Of a stretch of DNA of 64,000 nucleotides, positions 13,601-25,300 are shown in pieces. The stretch comes from Eledone cirrhosa (Eukaryota). The stretch covers positions 330,088,001 to 330,152,000 of the forward strand of contig OZ024741.1 of assembly GCA_964016885.1 (NCBI GenBank). Reading direction: 5' to 3'. The notes beneath the pieces were generated by a model. It saw only the letters and a list, made by a program, of their open reading frames with translations, was not told where the DNA came from and ran no database searches. The position numbers were made by a program, and so were the translations under genes. Within the stretch, counting starts at the first letter, position 1; each line of letters opens with the position of its first letter.

Positions 13601-14596
13601 CATATGACAGATATGTACTTTAAAAAAAAAACCTCTGCTGCATTCTTTTATCAATTTTCTCCATTGGTGGAGATGTCTTCAAGTATTTCAAATGCTTTCA
13701 AAGAAGACTTTAAACATCCCTTAAACTGCAGCCTTTGTCTGTGCTGGTGGAGGAGGTGCCTTCTACATACAAGCTCACTGTTCATTTATTATACTCAACA
13801 GCGTAGGGGCTATTACATTTTAAATATATGTATATGTGTGCATGTCTGTGTTTATGCCCTGTGACTTAGCAGTTCAACAAAAGAGATTGATAAAATGAAT
13901 ACCAGACTTGAAAAAAATAAGGCAGTATCCCAGCATAACCAGTGTAACGAAACTAGTAAAAACATATACTGGATGAAAGAAATAGGGGTGGGGGTAGTAG
14001 CAATTGTTCAGTTTTTCAATTTTATAATGTTCTTGCTTTTTCAGGCAGTAAACAAGCCAAATCTACAGATATGTTTAAGAGTTCAAAACCCAGATACAGG
14101 AAACTCAAAACCAGTAGTATTTAATATGTCTGCAGATAAATTTCGAGTTTTTCTAAATGGTAAGTAATTTTGTTGTTTCATTTAAATCTTATATTAATTA
14201 GAGTTTTAAAATTCCAATTATTTAACAAATACATATATATATTAGTATAGTTAATACGAAGTATTGTGAGTTATGTAATAAAAGACTGAAAAATTTTTAA
14301 ATGAAGGTACAATGCAGTGGAAATATATAAAGGAGAGAGGATGACAAACAAAACAAAGTAATGTTTTACTCAGTATATTACATGATATTTCAAGGCTATT
14401 ACCTTCTTTTCAATCAATCATTTGCCTTTGTTTTGAACCATTTTCATTTCATATTTGAAAATAGGGTAATAGATCTGAAATATCATGTTGAAATATACTG
14501 GGTTATACATTACTTTATTATGTTTTATTTGTCATCCTTTGCTCTTCATATATTTCTACCTCATTATACTGGCTTTTTTTAAACTCATCAGTCGTT

Positions 14597-14634
<38 letters not shown>

Positions 14635-17600
14635 TAGTTTTCATTTTTTGTTGGTAAAATCAGACCTGTAGAATAATCATACAACTTTTAATGAAGTGGC
14701 AACTTACCGGATGGATCACTCAACATGTATAATTGAATCCAGCAAGATAATATTCCAGGTGCTAATCCATGGGTATTTTTTCAGGTTCCAATAATTCACG
14801 AGGTACATATAAGTAATGTGTTAGGAAAACATACAAAGTTTGATTAGAAAAAATATTATTTAATTATACATTTTTACGTTTTATTTTTGAGTTATGTCAT
14901 TGTATGCAGGGCTGTTAGGAGATATTGAAATTTCCAATCATTCACGCATTATGTGAGACATTATACATCAACAATTCCTCAGAAAATAAATAATTCTTAG
15001 ATATTTTGAAAGTGTGGAGAGTAATGAGGGAGAGCTGTTAAAGTTGACCAATGGGTATCCAATAGTCTCTGGTTCTACTTAAATGGTACTTGCCATTGGT
15101 TAAAAAGTAATTATCTGTAGACTAAAGGGGATAGTGTAAGCTATGGGAGTGGTTAAGAGAAAGAGATAATAATAAATTTATTGGGTGTTAGTCTTATCAA
15201 CTTGACCATTACAGATAAGGGTGTGGCATGGGTTGGAGAATTTACAGGCATTACATTTTATTAGAATTGGTGTTACCAGTTTGACAATTGTAGATAAGGG
15301 TGAAATAAAGAACAAATATTTGATGTTACCAGTCTATGTAATAAAATTTACTATTTGCGATAGGTAGGATTGATAAAGGTTGGGATGGGTGTAGTTTTAC
15401 AGGTTCTAATCCTGGCTTAACTAGGGTTATAATTAGAAAATGTTTTGAAGTAATTGTATTTACAGTTGAATATGCTATCTTGTCTTGAATTCAGTAATTT
15501 CTTTCCTGTTAAGATTTCTAATATTTCCATTGCACAAAGACCACAGTGCTTACTTTCGTGTCAGTAGAGGTGGGCAAATCGTAGAATGGACCACAATAGC
15601 TCCTGCTTTATTTTTTTTCATTTTTTAGTTTTCAAATTTTCCTAGCTAGAGCAATAGAAGTTTTGAGTTCCGTATTTTTAAATGAATAGATATGTATATA
15701 CCATCTTTTCTTAAAAAAGTTGGATGTGGACCCTACATATCTGAAAGTTTCATGGTTTGTTGTAACTTCACATTGGTGCACTATGTTGTTGCTCATGCAT
15801 TTACCTGATAGGGGACAGCAATCGAGTTTTCTACAGTTACAATGTACCAGTGCTTCATCATCATCATCATCATCACCGTTTTACGTCCGTTCTTCCACGC
15901 TAGCATGGGTTAGACGGGTTGTCCTGTTGTGGGCAGTGTCTGGTCGGCTGACCATGCCTTGCTCATACAGGAACTGATCTGGCTTGATTTCTACAGCTGG
16001 ATGCCCTTCCTAACACCAACCTCATTTACAGTGAGTGCTGGGTGCTTTTTCGTGGCGCCTACACGTCCACTTTACAGTGTGGGCTGGGTGCTTTTTTGCC
16101 GTGGCACCTCCACGACCACCTTGCGGTGGGGGGGGGGGGGGCATATTGTTTATATGCTTCAGCATGTACCCATGGGAGGTCGGGTACCCTGTATTACTGC
16201 GTGACGCCAGAAGTCACGGTCGTGTGTCATTGACTTTGAGAGGTGTAGTTGGGTAAGGTCGGCTCTTATCACCTCATCCCAAGTCATCTTGGGTCTCCCC
16301 ACTCCGCGGTTTCCATCAACTTCTAGTGCTCTGCACCTTTTTATGCAGCTGTCATCCTTCATACGCATCACATGTCCATACCAGCGTAACCGCCTCTCCT
16401 GCACGCAGCATTTGATTCCTCTTATGCTCAGTCTCTCTCTCAATTCATTTATGCTTTGTCGTTCACGTATATTACTGTTACACATCCATCGGAGCATGCA
16501 GGCTTCGTTTCTCTCTAATCTACGTAAGTCTTCCACCTTCAGCGCCCAGGTCTCACTACCATGCAACATCGCTGTTCGGATACACGCATCATACAGTCTG
16601 CCTTTCATTCTGAGGGAGAAGCCTTTTGCAGCTAGCAGTGGTAGTAGTTCCCTAAACTTCTTCCATCCCGTTCTTACCCTAGTTATTGTACTTTCTGAGC
16701 ACCCACCTCCGTTGCTAATTCGGTCACCTAGGTAGCAGAAGCTGTCTACTGTTTCTACAGGGCCCTCCCAGAGATTGGTGGTACTTGTTTCCTGTGGCTG
16801 TTTGCTTGCTGTTTCAGCACAGCTGCTGCATGTGAATCCTACATTCTTAATTAAGCTTCCTGAGATCCCGCTACATCTCTTGTGTACCCATTGTTTGCAT
16901 TTGGGGCAAAGAATGGAGTTCCTACCTACACCTTTCCTACATACTGAGCAAGGCCATTTCCCTGAGGGGATCTGGGTTCTGTTTTCTCGTCTACTTATAA
17001 GGACCTTAGTCTTTGTCATGTTGACTTTGAGGCCCTTTCTCTCTAGTCCCTGCTTCCAGGTTTGGAATTTATTCTCTAGTTCTACCATAGATTCAGCTAT
17101 GAGTGCGAGGTCATCAGCATACAGGAGTTCCCATGGGCATCCGGTCTTAAACTCCTCCGTTATTGCCTGCAGGACTATGATGAACAGGAGAGGGCTAAGA
17201 ACAGAGCCCTGGTGGACCCCAACCTGTACGCTAAATTCCTCGCTATACTCATTGCCAATCCTAACTTTGCTGACTGCTCCCCTATACATGGCTTGTACCG
17301 CTTTCACAAGCCATTCATCTACTCCTAGTTTTCTAAGAGCCCACCAGATTACTGCACGTGGAACTCTGTCAAAGGCTTTCTCAAGGTCGACAAATGCCAA
17401 GTAGAGTGGCTTACTTTTAGCTAGGTACTTTTCCTGTAATTGCCTCACAAGGAAGAGCGCATCAGTGGTGCCTTTCCCTGGAACAAACCCAAATTGCATC
17501 TCGTCTATATTCGCCCGGTCCCTAATCAGCTGTGCTATAACTCTTTCTGTTACTTTCATGACCTGGTCCATCAACTTTATACCTCTATAGTTTCCTCTAT

Positions 17601-19076
17601 CTAGTGCATCGCCTTTACCTTTGTAGCAGTTGACAATGATGCTACTGCACCAATCTTTTGGTATGGCCCCCTCTAGTATTACCTGGTTAACGATACGTGT
17701 GGTTATAGTGTGACCTACAGACCCAGATGCCTTCAGCATCTCGGCAGCTATACCCGATGGACCGGTTGCCTTCCCTATCTTCATATCTCTGATTGCCTTA
17801 CTTACTACGCTGCCGCTGACTTGTACTGCTGGTCCCTCTATAGGGTCTACGTGGGGTAGGGTCTCTTCTTCCCATGCATTCTCCTCATTTAGTAATCTAT
17901 CATAATGACTCTTCCATGCATCTTTCTTCTCAGCACTTGTGAGGGCAAGCTCACCTTTATCATTCCGGATACACTTCTCTCCAATGACATCACAACTATC
18001 TCTGACACACTGCCTCGCAATCTTGAATACCTCCTGTTTCTGGTCCTCACGTTGCAAGACATGCTTGAATTTTCTACCCTCTGCTTCCCTTCTAGCTTGT
18101 CAATTAAAATCTGGTTTTTCAAGGGTAGATGATTTAACATGTTGAGATAAGCAGGGTCTCATGTTCTTGTTATTTTGACGTGGTACGACAGGCTGAGATG
18201 AGGATGTGGATAAGTTATCTTACTGAATTGAGTTCTGTATGCTGTTATTATGTTTTCGGAGGCACTTATTATTTAGACTGGCTTTAAAATTTTGTGGTAT
18301 CTATGTGATGGCAGAAAGTTCTTATCCAGTAACTTGAAGAATATATAAGGTAATTTAGTCTTAACTAAGTTGTTGTGTGGAGGATTATACTATATGTATG
18401 ATTTGCGTCGGGATTTTACCAGCTTGGGATTGTTTCTTTAAAGATATATGTGTTGTTCTAACCTGTATATTTTTCAAACTGTAGGTTATGGTATAGCTAT
18501 TTCCACTTGCTTTACAATGGTGTGTTTGAGGTGTGATCATTCTTGTTCTGTTGTGCCTCGGAAATTGGTATTTATGTTGTTTGGAATCCCTACTATTAGG
18601 AATATAATTTATTTCCTCCTCATAACCAGCCTTTCATAGTGCCGCATTGTAATAATTGGCATGTGCCTTAAATGTATCTATAGATGTAGAGTCTAGAGAT
18701 CCTAAGTGATACACCTTTGGTGATGGAGTTTATAATGGATTTAGGGTGGTTGGAGTATCTGTTAACATATGTCAGATTCTCATTAACTTTGTGATAAGGA
18801 TCAAACAAATTAGAATTGAGATTGAGGGTTATGTCTAAGATATTCTCATGAAATGACCAAATGGTTTATTTTTCAACATAGTCCCCAAAAAGAAACAATG
18901 TAGTTATTAATAAGAAGAGTTGAAATTAATGCACGCATGATTTTATAGCTCAAGCGCCACTCTTTCGTAGCTTTCAGTCTACACTCATATATATATATAT
19001 TGTTTTTTCTTTAAATTTTATATTTCCAGAACTAAAACAAGTTGATACCATAATGGACAACCTGAATTCCTTGTAA
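4633..19076 (+). CDS. COMMD4: COMM domain-containing protein 4 (spliced, 9 coding exons, 201 aa)
   Basis: Exons 4633-4635, 6599-6670, 8015-8080, 10020-10059, 11152-11271, 12102-12182, 13238-13299, 14045-14159, 19030-19076. All are GT-AG and phase-compatible, 606 nt in total. Translation [19 protein letters not shown]...[11 protein letters not shown]...WRVDYIISS...[15 protein letters not shown] matches the COMMD4 N-terminus and COMM domain as I recall them. Confidence 0.96.
5196..6355 (+). mobile_element. Decayed mariner (Tc1/mariner DD34D) transposon in COMMD4 intron 1
   Basis: TIRs CATTAAATATGAAATGTCCGATTT (5202-5225) and AAATCAGACATTTCATACTTAATG (6332-6355); transposase motifs WVPHEL, CDEKWI and [14 protein letters not shown], broken by frameshifts. 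Confidence 0.93.
6599..6670 (+). CDS. COMMD4: COMMD4 exon 2
   Basis: ttcctcaag|[24 protein letters not shown]|gtgact. Confidence 0.95.
6746..6871. repeat. 25-bp minisatellite, about 5 copies
   Basis: Unit approximately GATTGGTGAAGACATGTTGCCTATA. Confidence 0.85.
8015..8080 (+). CDS. COMMD4: COMMD4 exon 3
   Basis: cttcag|[22 protein letters not shown]|gtaagt. Confidence 0.95.
10020..10059 (+). CDS. COMMD4: COMMD4 exon 4
   Basis: ttatag|[13 protein letters not shown]+g|gtgagt. Confidence 0.95.
10869..11087. mobile_element. pogo/Tigger-type MITE (second copy at 12790-12980)
   Basis: TA-flanked TIRs CCATATATACTTGAATATAAG / CTTATATTTGAGTATATATGG; internal sequence shared with 12790-12980. Confidence 0.7.
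11152..11271 (+). CDS. COMMD4: COMMD4 exon 5
   Basis: tttcag|(D)[39 protein letters not shown]+g|gttgct. Confidence 0.95.
12102..12182 (+). CDS. COMMD4: COMMD4 exon 6
   Basis: ttccag|(E)[26 protein letters not shown]+t|gtaagt. Confidence 0.95.
12268..12618. mobile_element. hAT/Charlie-like MITE
   Basis: Degenerate TIRs CAGGGATTCTCAAA ... TTTGATAAGCTCTG. Confidence 0.5.
13238..13299 (+). CDS. COMMD4: COMMD4 exon 7
   Basis: atttag|(L)[20 protein letters not shown]|gtaaga; COMM-domain WRVD motif. Confidence 0.95.
14045..14159 (+). CDS. COMMD4: COMMD4 exon 8
   Basis: tttcag|[38 protein letters not shown]+g|gtaagt. Confidence 0.95.
15440..18840 (-). mobile_element. Decayed Penelope-like element (RT C-terminus plus GIY-YIG endonuclease), interrupted by RTE-A
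   Basis: 18840-18100 encodes [37 protein letters not shown] and [18 protein letters not shown]. 15845-15455 encodes [26 protein letters not shown]...[13 protein letters not shown]...WSIL...[32 protein letters not shown]. In-frame stops are present. Confidence 0.88.
15855..18096 (-). mobile_element. RTE-clade LINE copy A, 5'-truncated; intact 632-aa RT-PHD-C-terminal ORF at 16159-18057
   Basis: RT motifs [31 protein letters not shown]; C4HC3 finger; about 300-bp 3'UTR; (GAT)n tail; antisense in COMMD4 intron 8. Confidence 0.96.
19030..19076 (+). CDS. COMMD4: COMMD4 exon 9 (terminal)
   Basis: ttccag|(E)[14 protein letters not shown] (TAA 19074-19076). Confidence 0.93.
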
Positions 19077-22000
19077 CAAATGTTGTACATATATCTTGTC
19101 AGGAGCAGCTCAGTCTGTTAAGAATTGACTGAATACCACAAACTTATTTTCCTTCTCATTGTGTTTAATTCAGAAACATCCCCCCCCCCCCATACACACA
19201 CACACACACTCATATGTTAATTAAGTTTTAAGCCTAGGGGCTTCTCAGACCAGAGCTTGTCACTTGTCCATGGCTTTATTGGTGCTAAGAAACTGTGAGT
19301 ACAAGACTCCACACTGAACAACACCAGTCTGTTGTAGGACTAAACCCCCTTCCCTTGCTGATACTCAGTTTTCTTCTAGCTGAGGGAACTGGTCTTGTGG
19401 TAACATATGCCCAGTGACTTAACACCTCATGAAACAATCATATACTCTAGCCGTCATCTAACTAACCCTTGCAACTATGGAAAAACGATGACTTTTCAAA
19501 GAATAAAATGTGAAACCAAATGCTGTCTTACTTTATATAGAGTCAGCCTTCTACATTCCAAGTTCAAATCTTGGATTCAACTTTGTCTTTCATCTCCACA
19601 ACTATTGAGAAAATAAGTACCAATAATATACTGAGCTTGGAACAATTGACTATACTCTTTCCTACACACATTATTGAAAGACATGATGATGATATGACAA
19701 GAAGTCCATGACCCAGCTAAAATATTTTCAATTCATAGCCTTTGGACAGGCAAATACATACATCTCTATTTCATCTATCAAAAGATTTACAGATAAGAAA
19801 ACCAAACTAGAAAATAAATCTTGATAAACATTGATAAGTATTTCGACTAAATATTTTTTGTTTAATTCTATAAGAGGGTAATGAGATGTCATGACATTCA
19901 AGCTTTTGTCAAGGTTATTGTGATGTTAGTGGCAGAAATGGAGTCAAAATTGTGGACATAAATCATTGGAAGTCGACCGTTTTCCTATTGCTTCTGAGAA
20001 AATATTTGACTTCATTACATGTGTGTGTGTAATTATATGAAGCACCCAACACCTGACCAATACAAAACAATATTGACCATAGTGGACTGAATCACAATAT
20101 ACAGATACTGGTCAAATAAAATTTCCATTATTTCATTACCAATTGTAAATAAAATAAAAATGTAAGTTATTATTATAATAAAATAAATCTGATTTACTGC
20201 ATATTTTGTTTTTATCTGAAGATTAAAGAATTGTTTTTTAAACTTGTTTCTGATACAAACCTTCCCCTTATATATGAATACATGTGGAAATAGGTAGGTA
20301 TGTATGGACTCATAACCCCTGATGAAGTCAATTTAAACCTAGTGGAGGCCATTTCCCCTCCATGTTGGCACATAACCAGTTTCTTCCAGAGGAGATAGAA
20401 GAAGAATCGAGCTAAGTACTTGACTAGTATTTTTATCAATCTCGAAAGGATGAAAGACAAAGTTGAACTCGGAGAGCCAGAACAAATACTGCAAAGCATT
20501 CTAATGACTGTGCTTATTTGCCACATGATGGAGATAAATTTATCCATTTTATTTTTCTATTATATATATGTAGCTGTCTACACAATAATTATTATATTAG
20601 TTGCAGTGTGTGCAGAGCCCTGTGAAACTCTAGGTCTTCTCTGATCAAGCATTCCAATGTCCAAAGATGTTTCGTCTGATTATCCTGTCTTTTATTCATA
20701 TTGTGCCGAAGGCTATGCAACATGTGTTTTTCATTTTTTGTTTTAAATGTCAAGAAGCGATTTGAGGACAGTTTAGCTGCCATTTAATCGGGTTGAATGA
20801 CTATATAGAGAGCGCCCTCATTGACTTGATCATAATGTTGACTTTGTAGCAATTCATCAACAAGGAGAATAATATAAAATAGCTACAAAGAATATGACAT
20901 CGTTGTTGTTGTTGGAATAAATCATTTATTTTACAGGAGTGATTACAGCCAAAAAATTTATTTATTTTTCAATTGAAATTCAAATTTATATAGCATTGAT
21001 TTCATTTTCCTTAGCACAGGTCAGATTTGTGTAGCAAAAGTCTTAACATCTTGTCATGATTGAGCAGAAAATATTTTAAAACATTTTTGAGATTCAAATT
21101 TACTAATACAGATTTTTTTAAAAATTAGAGTAGACTTTAATAATATTTAATGTGATGCAATCATAGTGCTGTTTTATATTTTTCAAGAATGTCTTGCTAA
21201 TGTGGTACAGGATGTTAAATTACTTCCATGACCTTGGGAGGGAAGACATCAATTTAAATTGATCTTAGCTAGAATTCAATAAAATAAGAACATAGAGGGG
21301 AAAGAAATTGCAAGTCTCTCCTATCTAACCTATAGCTATATATTTATTGAACACCAATTGTAACTTTACATCTATCTAACCTATAAATATACATTTATTG
21401 AATACCAAGTGTAATTTTACCATCTCTCCTACCTAACCTATAGCTATAAATCTATTGAACACAAGTATAACTTTTTACACAAGTTTGATATAAATTATAG
21501 ATTCTATTCCAACATGTTACTGGTAATTAATTCAGAAAGCTCCAAGGATTTGAACTCAGAATATTGAGGATTAAAACTAGATACTTATAAGATTCAATTG
21601 CTATAACACCTGCACCCTAGCTTGTAAATAACCCCTAAAGAGACACCATTACTAAAACTTAGAAATTAACAAAGGGGGCCTATTTCTCGCATCTTTTAAT
21701 AGAACCAACAATTCCTCTAAGCTAATTACACTAATTGTGATTTACAGGCAACCAACACTTTCCTATAAACAGTGCAGGTACACATGTGCAATTGCAGTAT
21801 TCGTGGCTTGCATATCAATGTTGCTGCACAGTTTGTGCAGTAGCTTTGAAATGTTACCAAGCAATAATCTTTTAAATGTTTCCGTATGAGCAGGATATGC
21901 TCTCTGGACCTGACTTGTCTCATAACGTGACAACCAGTCAAACCCATGGAAGCATAGAAAAATGGATGTTAAACAATGGTGATGATGATGTCATACAGTA

Positions 22001-22298
22001 GCTATCAAATGTTGCTGCACAGTTGCACAGTAATTTTGAAATGTTTCTGTGCAGTAGCTTTGAAGCTTTATAATGTTGCCACGCAATAATTTTTGAAATG
22101 TTGCTGCACAGTAACTTTGAATTTAAGATATTTTTGCTCAAAGCATCAAATGTTCCACTCATTTGTTGGTTGGGAAAAAATTAGAGGGACCATTGGTTAT
22201 AAGCCAGATTGTGTGTTATTGTAGAGGTATAACTTCTAAGGTGAAAACCAATAAGTGAGAGAAAATAGTAAGTTAAAAAAGTTCAGTTTCTAGGTGTG

Positions 22299-22375
22299 TT
22301 ATGTTTGGTACTGAGTTGCCAGGCATTTAGCTATTGTGTTCAGTTGAATGTTCGATGTTCCTTCATAAATAGTTC
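22299..22375 (-). CDS. ACADSB: ACADSB exon 11 (terminal)
   Basis: ttgcag|(G)[24 protein letters not shown]. Confidence 0.95.
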
Positions 22376-25300
22376 CTGCAAAAAAAAAAAAAATATATAT
22401 ATATATACAGTAAATCCCCACATTACAAACATCCTACTTAGGAATTTCTATAGATACAAACAGTCTCACAAAGAAAAACGAAAAAAATATTTTGTCTTCC
22501 AGGGCTCTTTTGGGACCTGGGTTTCTTCTTTTACAGCATAACATAAAAACAAGCCAAAATCATGCCTACAGTATGCGATTCCATTCTGCTTTTGCAAAAT
22601 TGAAATAGTACTATTTTTCTTTAATTTATTGTCATTAGTTTTACAGTATTTAAATTCATTATTACTTGTTATACCCCTATATAATGTATATATATATCAT
22701 TCATATGGAAACCTGCAAGATCAAAGTAACATGAGCTTATCGGTATGTACTGTGTTAGACGATCAACTTACGAAAAAATCAATGAACGACCTCTTGGAAC
22801 GTAACTCATTTGTAAGTTGGGGGCTTACTGTATACATATTCAAGTCATATTTAAATAACAAAGATGCTTCTCAATTTTATTTTATATGGATAATGATTTT
22901 AAATATTCTGGAATCTTTTTTATCATTAACATCACTGAAACACAGTGGAGATGACAAAGGATTGCAACATGTAGAGAGATATTGTGCTGAGAAGACTCAT
23001 CCAACCCATTATGAAATTTACACCTGCAATGTTGCGACGTCACCTTAAGAATAAGCACAACTATGCCTCCTCTGGTCTTGATGGTGTTACATACCTGCTT
23101 CTCAAACGTGGCGGGTACTTCCTTTTACACCAGCTTTCTTTCTTCTTTCAATACTGTCTCAACAATGGTGCTACTCCGGAGCAGTGGAAAACTACCAGTG
23201 TCATTCCCCTGTTCAAAAAGGGTGACCGCACGTCACCTGTCAACTATCGTCCAGTCAGTCTTACAACTGTATTGCCAAACTGATGGAATCCTGTGTCAGA
23301 GAAACACTTTGGAACTTCTGGAGCTCTCACAGCCTCATCCGGTCCTCGCAGTTTGGATTTATCCCTAACTCCAGCTGATGTGATCAGCTTATCGAGTTCC
23401 TTGAAGACATTACCCGGATCACTGACAGCGGCTCATGGGTGGATGTTGTTTACCTTGACTTCGCTAAGGCTTTTAATTCTGTGCCACACAAAAGACTTAT
23501 GGCAAAACTCTCTGCCGAAAAGAGGTAGTCACGGTTCTAGGACAGCATTCTTCACCATATGAGATGTCATCTGGTGTACCACAGGGATCTGTTCTTGGTC
23601 CCCTTTTGTTTGTGGCATATATTAATGACATAGATGCCAACTTAAAGAATGCCACGGTACTGAAATATGCAGATGACATCAAGCTGACCTTGAAATCAAA
23701 AGGACTGATCCTGAAATCTACAACTCTTTCCTACAATCAGACTTGGACACAATGCAGCAATGGATCACAGACTGGCAACTGAAGCTGGCTGTGGACAAGT
23801 GTACCACCATGCATTTTGGGAGGAAAAATCCAGCGTCCACATACTCCCTCCACAACACTGATATCAAGAAGTCCTCTTGTGAATGTGACCTGAGCATTAC
23901 TGTCAGCAGCGATTTGCATTGGACAAAGCATGTCTCTAAGATTGTCAAGAAGGCTGAGGGTGTCTTGGCATCACTCAGCAAGACCTTTGTTAGCCGCTCT
24001 CCAGCCATCTATTTAAAGCTGTATACAGCTATGGTACGACCACACTTGGAATTCGCATATCAGTCTGGAACCCCTATCTTGCTCAGAACATTGACCTCCT
24101 GGAAACTGTTCAGAGACGTGCAACCAAGCGCATACCCTCCATCAGACACCTACCATACTCTGAACGCCTTGCTTCCCTGGGCATGGTTTCATTGAAGCTC
24201 CGATGTCTGGCAATGCACTTGGTAAATACCCACAAAGTTATTAACCATCTCGCCAACAACAACCCTGAGCACCTTTTTTATCTCCATGTGTCTAACACAC
24301 GTGGACATGCCTACAAAATTAGAAAACAGCACAGCTCCCATGACTTTCGGAAACATTTTTTCACCCTCAGAGTTGCTGAAGCATGGAACAAACTACCTGC
24401 GTCAGTTGTTAGCTGCCGAGACACTGCATCCTTTAAAACCCTCATGCTTCCCAAAATTCGCCAAAACTACACCTGATGTACCCCTTTCATACACATGCAC
24501 ACATGTATATCATGACTCATGCACTGTTCATTTTCCTGACGTTTGTACATTACCCTATGTACTATACATACACTTTTTGATGAGTTGTAGTGCACCTGAG
24601 CACTGTACACAATATTTCATTATTATTATTATTATAAAAACAAACATAAAACAATGATGATTATCATCATCGTTTAACATATGTTTCTTTCCTAGCAAGG
24701 GTTAGACAGGTCACCACAGACTAAGTCAGTATTTAATCAAGTGTACTGGCCCTTCAGACGGGCCAAGAAGGCCCACATCTCATGTACATTCCTACATTTC
24801 ACATATGTTCCTACATCTCATATATTATCCCACATCTCACATATGTTCCTCATCTCACTAATGTTCCTCATCTCACTAATGTTCCTCATCTCACTAATGT
24901 TCCTACATCTCATGTATGTTCCCATATATCACACATATTCCTACATCTGACATATGTTCCCACATCTCATATGTTCCCACATTTCACATATGTTCCTACA
25001 TTTCACATATGTCCCCACATATCACATGTTCCCACATCACATATATGTTCCCGCATTCTACAGAGTATGCTGGCTGCATTTCATTGTGGCACAAAGCCAG
25101 CAAATTTTGGAGAAGGGCAAAGTTGATTAAATCAATCCCAGTACTTGACTGCTACTTTATTTAATCGACCCTGGAAATGTGGAAAGCAAAGTGGACTTCG
25201 GTGGGATTTAGTAAAGAGTTGGAAAGATACAATGAAAATATAATATTAAATATGCTTGATACTCACCAATTTTACAATCTCTGAAATATTTCTCAATAGG

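Noticed and set aside
16289-17404. Long plus-strand ORFs of 148 and 209 aa, with similar ones at 52038-53843 and 40719-41328
   Set aside because: They are antisense shadows of the RTE coding sequence and are not conserved as continuous ORFs between copies.
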